Positions 20,188 through 28,900 of a DNA stretch of 32,000 nucleotides are shown here, piece after piece. The translations under genes were made by a program, and so were the position numbers. This DNA comes from Saccharolobus solfataricus. Lineage in GTDB: Archaea > Thermoproteota > Thermoprotei_A > Sulfolobales > Sulfolobaceae. The notes under the pieces are model-generated. The model saw only the letters and a list, made by a program, of their open reading frames with translations. It was not told the DNA's origin and searched no databases. Numbering within the stretch: the stretch's first letter is position 1; each line of letters starts with the position of its first letter. Location: positions 2,250,001-2,282,000 of the forward strand of contig NZ_LT549890.1 in the NCBI RefSeq assembly GCF_900079115.1. Direction: 5' to 3'.

Positions 20188-21744
20188 CTATTTGTAAATG
20201 CCTTTTCTCAAATCTTCTAGAATTTTGACGTGAGCATTATATCCTGGAGCTCCGGTAACACCGCCACCTGGATGTGTTCCAGATCCACACAAGTAAAGTC
20301 CCCTTATAGGTGTAGTATAATCACTATAACCTATTAATGGTCGGAAAAAGTATAGTTGATCTGGAGTCATATCTAAATGGAAAATATTTCCGCCGTTGAT
20401 TCCAAATCTCCTCTCAATGTCCAATGGAGTTAAAACTTCATACTTAATGGGTTTGAAATTTGGTGCAAACTCCTTTATTTTCTCAAAAGTTATTTCAGCA
20501 ATTTTTTCTTTCATTTCATCATTTCTCTTACTGTCGTAAACTAAGTACTGCCCAAATATGGAAAAGGAGAACTTCCCTGGTGGAGCTACTGTAGGATCGA
20601 CGGAGGATTGAATGTTAATGGAAAGCCAAGGTTCCCTAGAGTACCCTAATGCTCTAGCATCATCGTACGCTTTCTCTATGTATTCCATGTTAGGCATAAT
20701 CAATTCAGATGCTATATGTTCTGGTGATAAACTCTTGCCATTCCCGAAATCTGGTAGCTCCTCCAGATATCCAACTATTTTAAAAGAGACGCCAACGTTC
20801 TTCAAAGCTCTCACTCTTCTAAGGAAGTCTTCTTCTAGCTCTGCATTTCTTAAAAGTTTAAAGAACGTAGTTTTAGGATCGGCATTTGAAACGATAATTT
20901 TAGCGTTTATTGTTTTACCATTTTTCAGTTTTATACCTTCTACCCTTCCATTCTTTACTAATACCTCATCAACTTCTGCATTAGTGTAAATCTCTACCCC
21001 AAGGTGCTCAGCTGATCTCTTAAGAGCTTGAGTAACCTCTCCCATTCCTCCCTCTACGTAACCCCAAGCTCCTTTCACGCCGTTCACTTCACCTATAACA
21101 TGATGAGCTAACACATATGCTGTCCCTGGAGTCGAAGGTGAGGCAAATGTTCCTACTACGGAATCTTCAGCCAATGCTGATTTAACTTCATCTGTTTCGA
21201 AATACTCATCTAATAATGATTTTGCATCTTGCATGAAAGTTCTCAAGAAGCTTAATGCCAATTCTTCATTAACGTTTCCCCTAAATATATTGATTAGATT
21301 GCTAGCTTCATCTATATGTGGTGGGGGATTTAGCATGAAAAAATCAGCCATTTCGGCGAATAGGTCCCAAAACTTAACCCATTTTTTGTAATTTTTAGCA
21401 TCATTTTTTGAAAATTTCTCTATCTCTTTCTTAGTTTTCTCTAGACTTGACCAAATATATAATTTTTTGCCATTTTCAAATGGTAAAAATAATCCCGGAT
21501 CTTTTAAATAAACCTTTAATCCAAACTCCCTTAGTTTTAATTCTTCTATTATTTTAGGTCTTAATAGACTGAGTACGTAAGCACCAGTTGAGACTTTAAT
21601 ACTAGGCCATAACTCCTCAGTAACCGATGCTCCACCTACTATTTCCCTTCTCTCAAACACAGCTACTTTTAATCCAGCCTTAGCTAGGTATGCTGCTGTA
21701 ACTAGCCCATTATGGCCTCCACCAATAATTGCTACATCTATCAT
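20188..21744 (-). CDS. Phytoene desaturase-family (CrtI-like, COG1233) FAD/NAD(P)-dependent oxidoreductase
   Basis: The N-terminal dinucleotide fold VAIIGGGHNGLVTAAYLAKAGLKVAVFERREIVGGA and the C-terminal GLYLCGSGTHPGGGV are typical of the family. Confidence 0.8.
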   Translation of the reverse strand: MIDVAIIGGGHNGLVTAAYLAKAGLKVAVFERREIVGGASVTEELWPSIKVSTGAYVLSLLRPKIIEELKLREFGLKVYLKDPGLFLPFENGKKLYIWSSLEKTKKEIEKFSKNDAKNYKKWVKFWDLFAEMADFFMLNPPPHIDEASNLINIFRGNVNEELALSFLRTFMQDAKSLLDEYFETDEVKSALAEDSVVGTFASPSTPGTAYVLAHHVIGEVNGVKGAWGYVEGGMGEVTQALKRSAEHLGVEIYTNAEVDEVLVKNGRVEGIKLKNGKTINAKIIVSNADPKTTFFKLLRNAELEEDFLRRVRALKNVGVSFKIVGYLEELPDFGNGKSLSPEHIASELIMPNMEYIEKAYDDARALGYSREPWLSINIQSSVDPTVAPPGKFSFSIFGQYLVYDSKRNDEMKEKIAEITFEKIKEFAPNFKPIKYEVLTPLDIERRFGINGGNIFHLDMTPDQLYFFRPLIGYSDYTTPIRGLYLCGSGTHPGGGVTGAPGYNAHVKILEDLRKGIYK

Positions 21745-21899
21745 TTAGCTCGCCTGTTAGTTAGCCATACTAAAAATCCTATTAGAACTCCTAAAGCCCC
21801 GATTCCTATAGAGATGTATGTGAATGTCTCAATCGTTTGAACAAGTGGTGTTATAGTATTACTGGCCGTGGCCAACACTGTTATAGATAACATTGACAT
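21741..21899 (-). CDS. Small single-pass membrane protein (52 aa), translationally coupled (ATGA) to the CrtI-like gene; not in the supplied ORF track
   Basis: Own translation: MSMLSITVLATASNTITPLVQTIETFTYISIGIGALGVLIGFLVWLTNRRAK. A clear TM helix is followed by a basic RRAK anchor. The stop TGA overlaps the downstream ATG. Confidence 0.45.
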   Translation of the reverse strand: MSMLSITVLATASNTITPLVQTIETFTYISIGIGALGVLIGFLVWLTNRRAK

Positions 21900-21936
21900 A
21901 AACTTAAAAATAAATACTTATAACCTTATTGCAAAT

Positions 21937-23037
21937 ATGGACCTTATATTACCAGACTATTCTGGGGAGAATATTTATACACTATCTTGTTTTGTAGCTG
22001 AGTATCTTGGAGTCAAAAGACAATGTTTGAATAAGATGAATTTGAACGTGAATAATAGATTAGTTTTAGCCTTATTTGACGGACTAGGTTGGAATGTATT
22101 TAGTCAAGCTGGTGTAAATTTGAAAGCGAAGAAGATAACAACTGTTTTCCCATCTACAACATCCACTGTATTAACAACACTATTTACCGCATTAACGCCA
22201 GCTGAGCATAGTGTTTTAGGCTATAACACTTTCTCAAAGAGGTTAGGTGGAGTAGTAAATACTCTACGCTATACTTATCCTACCGTGAGCGATAGGGACT
22301 CAATAAAGGATTCCGTACCTTTTTCCTCCTCATTTCCTCATGTTAAAAGCTATTTAAAAGAAGTCCAAGATAAGAAGACTATATCAATAGTGCCTAAAGG
22401 AATAGAAAATACTGAATTTAGTAATGCTACGCACGGAGCTTCCGGTGAATCGAAAACTTATGTTAACTTTTGGGACGCATTTTACCAACTCTCACAAGTT
22501 TTACAACAAGACACATATGACTTTATCTACTTTTACATTCCAGATGTGGATACTTTATCTCATAGGTATGGGCCTTATGCAGAACCTACTATTAAATCTG
22601 CAAGGGATATTCTAACTAGCATCTTAGAAATCTCACAAAAACATAAGAAATATAGTTTCCTAATAACCGCAGATCATGGCCATGTTCCCGTTACTGAAAC
22701 TATTATCTTCAACAATGACCAAGAGCTACTTAACATGCTGGATGTTCCCCCATATGGAGATTCTAGGGCAATATTTTTAAGAACCAGATACGATGTGTCA
22801 ACCTATCTTAATAGAAAGTATGTGAGTCTTAAAATATTTGGGAAAAGTGATTTTGAAAGGCTATTAGGTAAGATTAATGATATAACTGCTTTACCAGACT
22901 ATATTGCAGTTCCTACCGATTATCGAGCATTCATATTCAATTTTAAGGATAAGGACGAGTATGATAAACTTAAAGGGCATCATGGGGGACTATTGCAAGA
23001 GGAATTTGAGATACCTTTGGTGATCTTGAATGGTTGA
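21937..23037 (+). CDS. Alkaline-phosphatase-superfamily phosphodiesterase/nucleotide pyrophosphatase-like protein (COG1524)
   Basis: FDGLGW, FPSTTSTVLTTL (Thr/Ser nucleophile region), DVDTLSHRYGP and TADHGH metal-ligand motifs. The track start (GTG 21868) would overlap the divergent small ORF, so ATG 21937 (MDLILPDY...) is preferred. Confidence 0.75.
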   Translation: MDLILPDYSGENIYTLSCFVAEYLGVKRQCLNKMNLNVNNRLVLALFDGLGWNVFSQAGVNLKAKKITTVFPSTTSTVLTTLFTALTPAEHSVLGYNTFSKRLGGVVNTLRYTYPTVSDRDSIKDSVPFSSSFPHVKSYLKEVQDKKTISIVPKGIENTEFSNATHGASGESKTYVNFWDAFYQLSQVLQQDTYDFIYFYIPDVDTLSHRYGPYAEPTIKSARDILTSILEISQKHKKYSFLITADHGHVPVTETIIFNNDQELLNMLDVPPYGDSRAIFLRTRYDVSTYLNRKYVSLKIFGKSDFERLLGKINDITALPDYIAVPTDYRAFIFNFKDKDEYDKLKGHHGGLLQEEFEIPLVILNG

Positions 23038-23569
23038 ATATCATATTCCTTCATGGGATGAAATAGAAGATGCGGTTTTTTCGATAGGCGAGGCTCTAGT
23101 TAAGAGTAATTATATTCCAGACGTTTTGATTGCAGTACTAACTGGTGGAATTATACCCGCTAAACTTCTTTCCGACTTGCTAGATTTGAAAGTAATTAGG
23201 TACATAGATATAAAATTTTATCGTAGCGTTGGAAAAACTGAAAGTAAACCAGTCATTAGATCTGTATATACTGATTCCTTAGAGGGGAAGAAAGTCCTAG
23301 TAGTTGATGATGTTGCAGATACTGGTGAAACCTTAGAGGCTGTTAGTAATGTTATAACCATGTTTAACCCAGCTAAAGTGATGACTGCGGCTTTATACTT
23401 AAAACCGTGGTCTAAGAGGATCCCGGATTTTTATTATAAACAAATTGACAAGTGGATAATTTTCCCGTGGGATAAGTGGGATGTTGTTAGGGAAAATAGT
23501 AATGTTCCAGTTGACAAAAAGGAGAGATTCTTAAACTTGTATAATCAATTATTAAAGATCAGAAAATAG
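23030..23569 (+). CDS. Purine (6-oxopurine-type) phosphoribosyltransferase, type I PRTase
   Basis: PRPP-binding loop KVLVVDDVADTGETL. The size and layout resemble Gpt/Hpt-like archaeal PRTases. 8-nt overlap with the upstream gene. Confidence 0.8.
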   Translation: MVEYHIPSWDEIEDAVFSIGEALVKSNYIPDVLIAVLTGGIIPAKLLSDLLDLKVIRYIDIKFYRSVGKTESKPVIRSVYTDSLEGKKVLVVDDVADTGETLEAVSNVITMFNPAKVMTAALYLKPWSKRIPDFYYKQIDKWIIFPWDKWDVVRENSNVPVDKKERFLNLYNQLLKIRK

Positions 23570-25220
23570 AAGGTTCTTTATACTCTCCCCAAATATCTCT
23601 TAAAACGCCACTGGTCTCCCCTACTGTTGCCCCTGCCCTTATGGCATCAATCATGTATGGGAATAAATTCTCATTCTCCTTCTCAGCAATTTTCCGGAGA
23701 TTATTGAGACTCTCCCTAAGTTTCATCTCATCTCTCTCTTGTTTATACTTCTTTAACCTTGAAATTACCCTTTCCCTAACCTCCGGATTGACTCTAAATA
23801 TTTCAGTTGTTCCAATCCATTCTGGTTCATAATACATATTAACGCCAACTTTTCCTAGGTCACCTTCCTCTATTCTTTTCTGTATCTTATAGGCGCTTTC
23901 AGCTATCTGCGCTTGGGGATACCCGTTTTCTATGGCTTTTATCATACCACCCATCTTTTCTACTTGGTCTATAATTTTCCATGCCCTCTCCTCTATTTCA
24001 TCTGTTAGCCACTCTATGTAATATGAACCTCCTAATGGATCTACTACATCAGCCGCTCCACTCTCGTTCGCTATTATCTGCTGGACCCTTATAGCTATTT
24101 TAGCAGCCTTTTCAGTAGGTAATGCTAACGCTTCATCATAAGAATTAACGTGTAAACTCTGGGTTCCGCCCAATACGGCCGCTAAAGCTTGTAATGTAGT
24201 TCTTATGATGTTTATCTCTGGCTGTTGCGCGGTCAATTCAGCGCCACCTGTTTGAGTATGGAACCTTAACATCATTGACTCTGGTTTCTTAGCGTTGAAT
24301 ACTTCTTTCATTATTTTCGCCCACATTCTCCTAGCAGCTCTAAATTTAGCAACTTCCTCGAATATATCTGAGTAAGCTGCAAAGAAGAAGGATAAGTGTG
24401 GTGCAAATTCATCTACGTTAATTCCTCTCTCCATTGTTTTTCTGACATACTCCATACCGTCAGCTAACGTAAATGCCACTTCTAATACTGCGTCCGCTCC
24501 AGCTTCCCTTATGTGATAGCCACTTATACTTATTGGGTGCCATTTCGGTAAATACTTTGCGGAGTATTCTATAATGTCGATAGCATATCTCATCGAGGGC
24601 GAAGGAGGATATATGAAGTTCTTCCTAGCTATATACTCCTTTAAGATATCGTTCTGAACTGTCCCATCCAAAACGCTCTTGTTAATATTTCTACTTTCGG
24701 AAGTGGCAATCAGCATTGAGAGTAATTCCATAGCGGTGGCATTTATAGTCATTGAAGTGGTAACTTTATCGAGCGGTATTCCGGACATTACAATATCCAT
24801 TTCCTTCCAATGGAACATCGATACTCCAACAACTCCAATCTCTGTATAAGCTAATTCATGATCTGGATCTAATCCCAATTGAGTAGGCAAATCAAAGGCC
24901 ATACTTAAGCCAGTTTGCCCAGCTTCCAATAATTTCCTAAATCTAGAATTCGTCTCTTCTGCAGATCCAAATCCTGCATATTGTCTAATTGTCCAAATTC
25001 TTCCTCTATACATATTAGGATAGATTCCCCTTGTAAATGGATACTCACCTGGTAATCCTAATTTTTCCATATAATTGCCCTTGACATCCAATGGTGTATA
25101 AACTGGTTTAATATGTATTCCAGAAAACGTTTTGAATTCTTTTTTCCTCTCTCCCCTCTTCTTTACCCAACTTGAATAGACCTTTTCTTCCCATTCCTTA
25201 ATTCTATCTTCAACATCCAT
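23559..25220 (-). CDS. Methylmalonyl-CoA mutase, large catalytic (substrate-binding) subunit
   Basis: YPFTRGIYPNMYRGRIWTIRQYAGFGSAEETNSRFRKLLEAGQTGLSMAFDLPTQLG...HTQTGG are hallmark MCM alpha motifs. There is no B12-binding domain. Likely start is ATG 25220 (the track uses GTG 25244). Confidence 0.9.
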   Translation of the reverse strand: MDVEDRIKEWEEKVYSSWVKKRGERKKEFKTFSGIHIKPVYTPLDVKGNYMEKLGLPGEYPFTRGIYPNMYRGRIWTIRQYAGFGSAEETNSRFRKLLEAGQTGLSMAFDLPTQLGLDPDHELAYTEIGVVGVSMFHWKEMDIVMSGIPLDKVTTSMTINATAMELLSMLIATSESRNINKSVLDGTVQNDILKEYIARKNFIYPPSPSMRYAIDIIEYSAKYLPKWHPISISGYHIREAGADAVLEVAFTLADGMEYVRKTMERGINVDEFAPHLSFFFAAYSDIFEEVAKFRAARRMWAKIMKEVFNAKKPESMMLRFHTQTGGAELTAQQPEINIIRTTLQALAAVLGGTQSLHVNSYDEALALPTEKAAKIAIRVQQIIANESGAADVVDPLGGSYYIEWLTDEIEERAWKIIDQVEKMGGMIKAIENGYPQAQIAESAYKIQKRIEEGDLGKVGVNMYYEPEWIGTTEIFRVNPEVRERVISRLKKYKQERDEMKLRESLNNLRKIAEKENENLFPYMIDAIRAGATVGETSGVLRDIWGEYKEPSIF

Positions 25221-25271
25221 AATATGTTTAAATCTTATAAACACTATAAAACTTTTTCTTCAGGGCAAAAC

Positions 25272-25279
25272 TTTTAAGA
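25272..25279 (+). promoter_or_regulatory. TATA-box-like element (TTTTAAGA) about 24 nt upstream of the epimerase ATG, in the mutase/epimerase divergent spacer
   Basis: Sequence and spacing only. Confidence 0.25.
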
Positions 25280-25299
25280 TTAAACAATACGATCATTTA

Positions 25300-25728
25300 A
25301 TGCAGATAGAAAATCTAGATCATATTGGGATAGTAGTTGGGAATCTAGACGAGGCAATTAAATTTTATCAAAATACTTTTGGAATGAAATTAGTACATTA
25401 CGAGTTAATTCCAGAGAGAGGTATAAAGGTAGCGTTTTTAGTTAGTAATGAAAAAAATGAAACCTCAATAGAATTGTTAGAACCAATCGATCATAACGAC
25501 ATGAGTAACACTGTGGCCAAGTTTCTGAAAAATAGAGGCCAAGGTTTACATCATTTGGCTATAAAAGTTAGTGATATTAATAGGGCGTTAGAAGAATTAA
25601 CAGCTAAAGGCCTTCAATTAGTAGATACTTCCCCAAGAAAGGGCGCAAGAGGACACCTAGTAGCTTTCTTACATCCCAAAAGCGTTATGGGAGTACTACT
25701 TGAATTGGTACAAGCAAAGGAATTATAA
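25300..25728 (+). CDS. Methylmalonyl-CoA epimerase (VOC/glyoxalase-fold)
   Basis: LDHIGIVVGNLDEAIKFY...GLHHLAIKV...FLHPKS..GVLLEL. It is divergently paired with MCM. Confidence 0.85.
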   Translation: MQIENLDHIGIVVGNLDEAIKFYQNTFGMKLVHYELIPERGIKVAFLVSNEKNETSIELLEPIDHNDMSNTVAKFLKNRGQGLHHLAIKVSDINRALEELTAKGLQLVDTSPRKGARGHLVAFLHPKSVMGVLLELVQAKEL

Positions 25729-25801
25729 ATATCAAGATGCATTGGATAATGGATGTAAGAAACTTTAAAATTATATTTTCATTAATATATAACGATAGTC
25801 T

Positions 25802-26332
25802 ATGCCCAAGAGGGAAGAAAAGGATATTTTTGATTTAATGGATGAATGGATAAGGGAGATGGAAGAAGAATTCGAGAGAATTGAAAGGGAGTTTATGAGA
25901 GGTTTTAGAGGTAAAGGAGAAGGGATTAGGCAATTTGGGCCATATGTTTATGGATTTAGAATAACTGTAGGGCCAGACGGTGTGCCGAAAATAGAGGAAT
26001 TCGGTAACGTTAGGAAAATCAGAGGCAAGCCAATGATATCTGAAGAACGCGAACCATTAGCTGATGTTATTGAGAAAGGTGACGAAATTAAGGTTGTGGC
26101 TGAAGTGCCCGGAGTTAACAAAGAGGATATTAAAGTTAAAGTGACGAATGGAGGGAAGAAATTGGTAATTACAGCCAAATCAGAGGATAGGCAATATTAT
26201 AAGGAGATTGATTTACCAGCAGAAGTAGACGAGAAGGCGGCTAAGGCTAACTTTAAGAATGGTGTTTTAGAGATAACCTTAAAGAAGAAAGCTTCTTCGT
26301 CAGATTCTGGTGTTGACATAAAAGTTGAGTAA
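25802..26332 (+). CDS. Small heat-shock protein (Hsp20/alpha-crystallin family)
   Basis: The alpha-crystallin domain ADVIEKGDEIKVVAEVPGVNKEDIKVKV....LVITA.......Y.KEIDLPAEVD...AKANFKNGVLEITLKKK. Confidence 0.9.
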   Translation: MPKREEKDIFDLMDEWIREMEEEFERIEREFMRGFRGKGEGIRQFGPYVYGFRITVGPDGVPKIEEFGNVRKIRGKPMISEEREPLADVIEKGDEIKVVAEVPGVNKEDIKVKVTNGGKKLVITAKSEDRQYYKEIDLPAEVDEKAAKANFKNGVLEITLKKKASSSDSGVDIKVE

Positions 26333-26338
26333 TTTTTT
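26333..26338 (+). terminator. T6 tract immediately after the hsp20 stop (oligo-T terminator candidate)
   Basis: gagtaaTTTTTTcc. Confidence 0.25.
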
Positions 26339-26344
26339 CCTAAT

Positions 26345-26869
26345 TTAATCAGAATTAGTCAAAATAAGTGGTCTTGTTGATGCTTTTTCAGATTTTATAA
26401 AGCTTAATCCGGATTCATCTTCGATTATTAACGTAAATTTAATTTTACCTTCCATTGCAGATCTTATCCTATCTTCACATTCCTTATCACAGAAGTTTCC
26501 CACTTGATCTAATAATATTTCTAGAATTCCCTCAATTGTAGAGATATAACCTTGAGACATACCAGCAGGTTCTATTTCTATCCCTAATTCTGGGATTACT
26601 ATTTTAGCAAAAGCAGACCTATATACTAATGCACTTAAATCGTCCTCATTTTCTATCTTCATCTCAACTAACTTAGGTTCTCTAGTTTCGTATGGTTTAA
26701 CATCTCTAAATTTATACCCACAATTCTCACAATACCAATTGGATAAAACTAACTTTCCAGTATGTGGCGTATTATATAGGTAATCCACCGCCTTTAACGT
26801 CTTAGATTTACATACTGGACATATAAGTGTCTCTTCAAATATTACTTTAGGTTCTTCAGACACTGTCAT
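26345..26869 (-). CDS. ZPR1-type zinc-finger protein (single ZPR1 module, COG1779)
   Basis: CPVCKS...(x25)...CENCGY zinc ribbon, followed by the ZPR1 beta-rich domain (E.KIENEDDLSALVYRSAFAKIVIPELGIEIEP....GYISTIEG). Confidence 0.75.
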   Translation of the reverse strand: MTVSEEPKVIFEETLICPVCKSKTLKAVDYLYNTPHTGKLVLSNWYCENCGYKFRDVKPYETREPKLVEMKIENEDDLSALVYRSAFAKIVIPELGIEIEPAGMSQGYISTIEGILEILLDQVGNFCDKECEDRIRSAMEGKIKFTLIIEDESGLSFIKSEKASTRPLILTNSD

Positions 26870-26930
26870 CCCCTATTAAAATTTATTTAGTTGTTCACAA
26901 ATTTAATACTTGTTAAAGTGATTTGATGTA

Positions 26931-28502
26931 ATGAAATTACCCCGAGAGAATGATGAAGGAAAAGTAGAATATAAGCTTATTCTTTCAAGTGTAACCCCGG
27001 ATCGTCTTCAAGAATTAGCTACTCAAATGAAGTATAGGTTAGAGGAAGGTGATGGTGAAGCATTTTACGTTATAGGTGTAAGTGATGAAGGCGAAATAAT
27101 AGGGTTATCTAAGGGTCAGCTAGAAGAGAGCATAGCTACGCTGAATATGATCACAAGGTTAGTAAATGCTAAAATTGTATATAGAAGGGATGTCGAAGTA
27201 AGGAGGGATAAATACGTAGCTGAACTTCTAGTTAGGAGATATAAGGAGAACCTCCCAGTGGAAGTTAATGTTGCGGTAATGGGTCATGTAAATGCGGGGA
27301 AAAGTACTGTTACAGGTGCGTTGGTTCTAGGAAGACTAGATGATGGAAATGGAGGATTAAGAACAGCTATTGCAAGGCATCTTCATGAAGTCCTATCAGG
27401 GAGGACATCTTCCATTACTTTGAGAGTAATTGGATTTGATGATAGTGGTAAGATAGTAAATTGGCAATTAAAGGATCCACTTGACGAGGCAGAGACAACG
27501 ATTAAGAGTACTAAGATAGTGAGGCTTATTGACCTAGGGGGTCACGAAAGATATCTCAGAACCACTCTAAAAGGGCTATTAGGTTATGAGGTGAATTACG
27601 TTATGTTAGTTGTTGGGGCTGATGATGGGTTAAGTATAATGGGCAAAGAGCATTTAGCCTTAGCTTCAGTATTAAAATTTCCTATATTTGTAGTTATTAC
27701 TAAAGTAGATAAATATCCGGAAGATAGAATAAAAGGCATAGTTAATGATATTAAAAGTGTTCTAAAGATTCCCGGAATTAATAGATTGGCTCTAGAAGTT
27801 GAGGATGAGGACGATGTAGTAAATTCAATTTTGGCTATAAAGACTAGGCGTGTAGTTCCTATTTTTAAAATATCAAATGTAAGTGGAAAAGGTTTAGATT
27901 TACTTATAAAATTCCTAAACCTATTACCTCCGGAGGCTAAGAATTTAGACGATAGAGGCGCGCCCCTAGTGTATATCGATGAGATATATAATGTCACAGG
28001 GGTTGGCACGGTTGTACTAGGTTCGGTTGTAAGAGGTAAGCTTAACAACAATGAGTCCGTTTTAATTGGGCCTAATAAGTTAGGAGAGTTTAAGGAGGTT
28101 AAAATAAAAAGCATACAAGTAAATAAGGTATTTGTAGATTCCGTTTTAGCTGGGAATATAGCCACGTTTGCTATTCAAGGTATTGAAAAGGAAAGTCTCA
28201 GAAAAGGAATGGTCATGGTAAAGGGGATACCTAAGGTGGTCAGAAGATTTAAGGCAAGAGTGTTCATACTGCATCATCCAACTACTATTAGGGAAGGTTA
28301 TGTTGCGACCCTCCATTCTTATACAATAAGGCAAGCGGTGAAGTTTGAGAAGATCCAGACAGGGTTTTTAAGAACTGGAGACACCAGTGAAATAGTATTG
28401 TATTTCCTATACAGACCAGAATATTTGGAGAAGGGGCAGATTTTCGTATTTAGAGAAGGTAGAACTAGAGGTGTGGGTATCGTATTGGAACCTATTGGTT
28501 AA
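26931..28502 (+). CDS. GTPBP1/GP-1-family translational GTPase (EF1A/EF-Tu paralogue)
   Basis: G1 GHVNAGKST, G3 DLGGHERY, G4 TKVD, followed by EF-Tu-like beta-barrel domains II/III. It has a GTPBP1-type N-terminal domain of about 100 aa. Confidence 0.8.
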   Translation: MKLPRENDEGKVEYKLILSSVTPDRLQELATQMKYRLEEGDGEAFYVIGVSDEGEIIGLSKGQLEESIATLNMITRLVNAKIVYRRDVEVRRDKYVAELLVRRYKENLPVEVNVAVMGHVNAGKSTVTGALVLGRLDDGNGGLRTAIARHLHEVLSGRTSSITLRVIGFDDSGKIVNWQLKDPLDEAETTIKSTKIVRLIDLGGHERYLRTTLKGLLGYEVNYVMLVVGADDGLSIMGKEHLALASVLKFPIFVVITKVDKYPEDRIKGIVNDIKSVLKIPGINRLALEVEDEDDVVNSILAIKTRRVVPIFKISNVSGKGLDLLIKFLNLLPPEAKNLDDRGAPLVYIDEIYNVTGVGTVVLGSVVRGKLNNNESVLIGPNKLGEFKEVKIKSIQVNKVFVDSVLAGNIATFAIQGIEKESLRKGMVMVKGIPKVVRRFKARVFILHHPTTIREGYVATLHSYTIRQAVKFEKIQTGFLRTGDTSEIVLYFLYRPEYLEKGQIFVFREGRTRGVGIVLEPIG

Positions 28503-28900
28503 TTTTCCCTACGCTACACTCTATAATCTGCTTTGAGATTTCCTCAGCTTGTGAGCCTATATGCTTCTTTAAACTATTAGCTAATGGTCCCCCTACTTCA
28601 TAATCACTGCTCCACTTGATTTTATTTCCAATAATTGTGAGTAATGTGCTTATATTTGCTATTATACCTGGTCCCTCAATAGTAATTAACGTATCTATAT
28701 TATCTCCATTAATTTCGTGTTTTTTTGACAGTTCCATTAATTTCAATGGTCAAAAAGGAGAATTTTACATAAGCTTTAAAATTATTTCCATTAATTTCTT
28801 TAACGCCTGGGATACAACCTAATAAATTCTTGTAATCTGAAAAAAACTGTTTAGCCTTATTTAAATCCTTTATGGTAATTTCTCCTTCGGTTTTTGTCAT
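28492..28900 (-). pseudogene. Second CoxG/SRPBCC-family gene split into two ORFs by a 1-nt frame change in an A7 run
   Basis: Track ORFs 28709..28924 and 28492..28746 together read as one SRPBCC protein: ...FKAYVKFSFLTIEINGTVKK | HEINGDNIDTLITIEGPGII...KIKWSSDYEVGGPLANS.... The junction is GTC AAA AAA A|CA CGA (T7 on the plus strand, 28720-28726). The likely ATG at 28900 forms ATGA with the upstream coxG stop. Confidence 0.6.

Noticed and set aside
21868-21936. An N-terminal extension (GTG 21868, MANTVIDNIDINLKINTYNLIAN) of the AP-superfamily gene
   Set aside because: The extension has no similarity to the family and is AT-rich, promoter-like sequence. It would also overlap the divergent 52-aa TM ORF. 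ATG 21937 is the more plausible start.
23559-25728. The methylmalonyl-CoA mutase/epimerase divergent pair as something novel
   Set aside because: This is the known arrangement for Sulfolobales. These are enzymes of the 3-hydroxypropionate/4-hydroxybutyrate cycle and of propionate metabolism. The B12-binding small subunit is simply encoded elsewhere.
25737-25840. A small ORF starting at ATG 25737 (MHWIMDVRNFKIIFSLIYNDSLCPRGKK...), upstream of and overlapping hsp20
   Set aside because: It is out of frame with hsp20, spans the hsp20 promoter/TATA region, and shows no motif or coupling signal. It is probably spurious.
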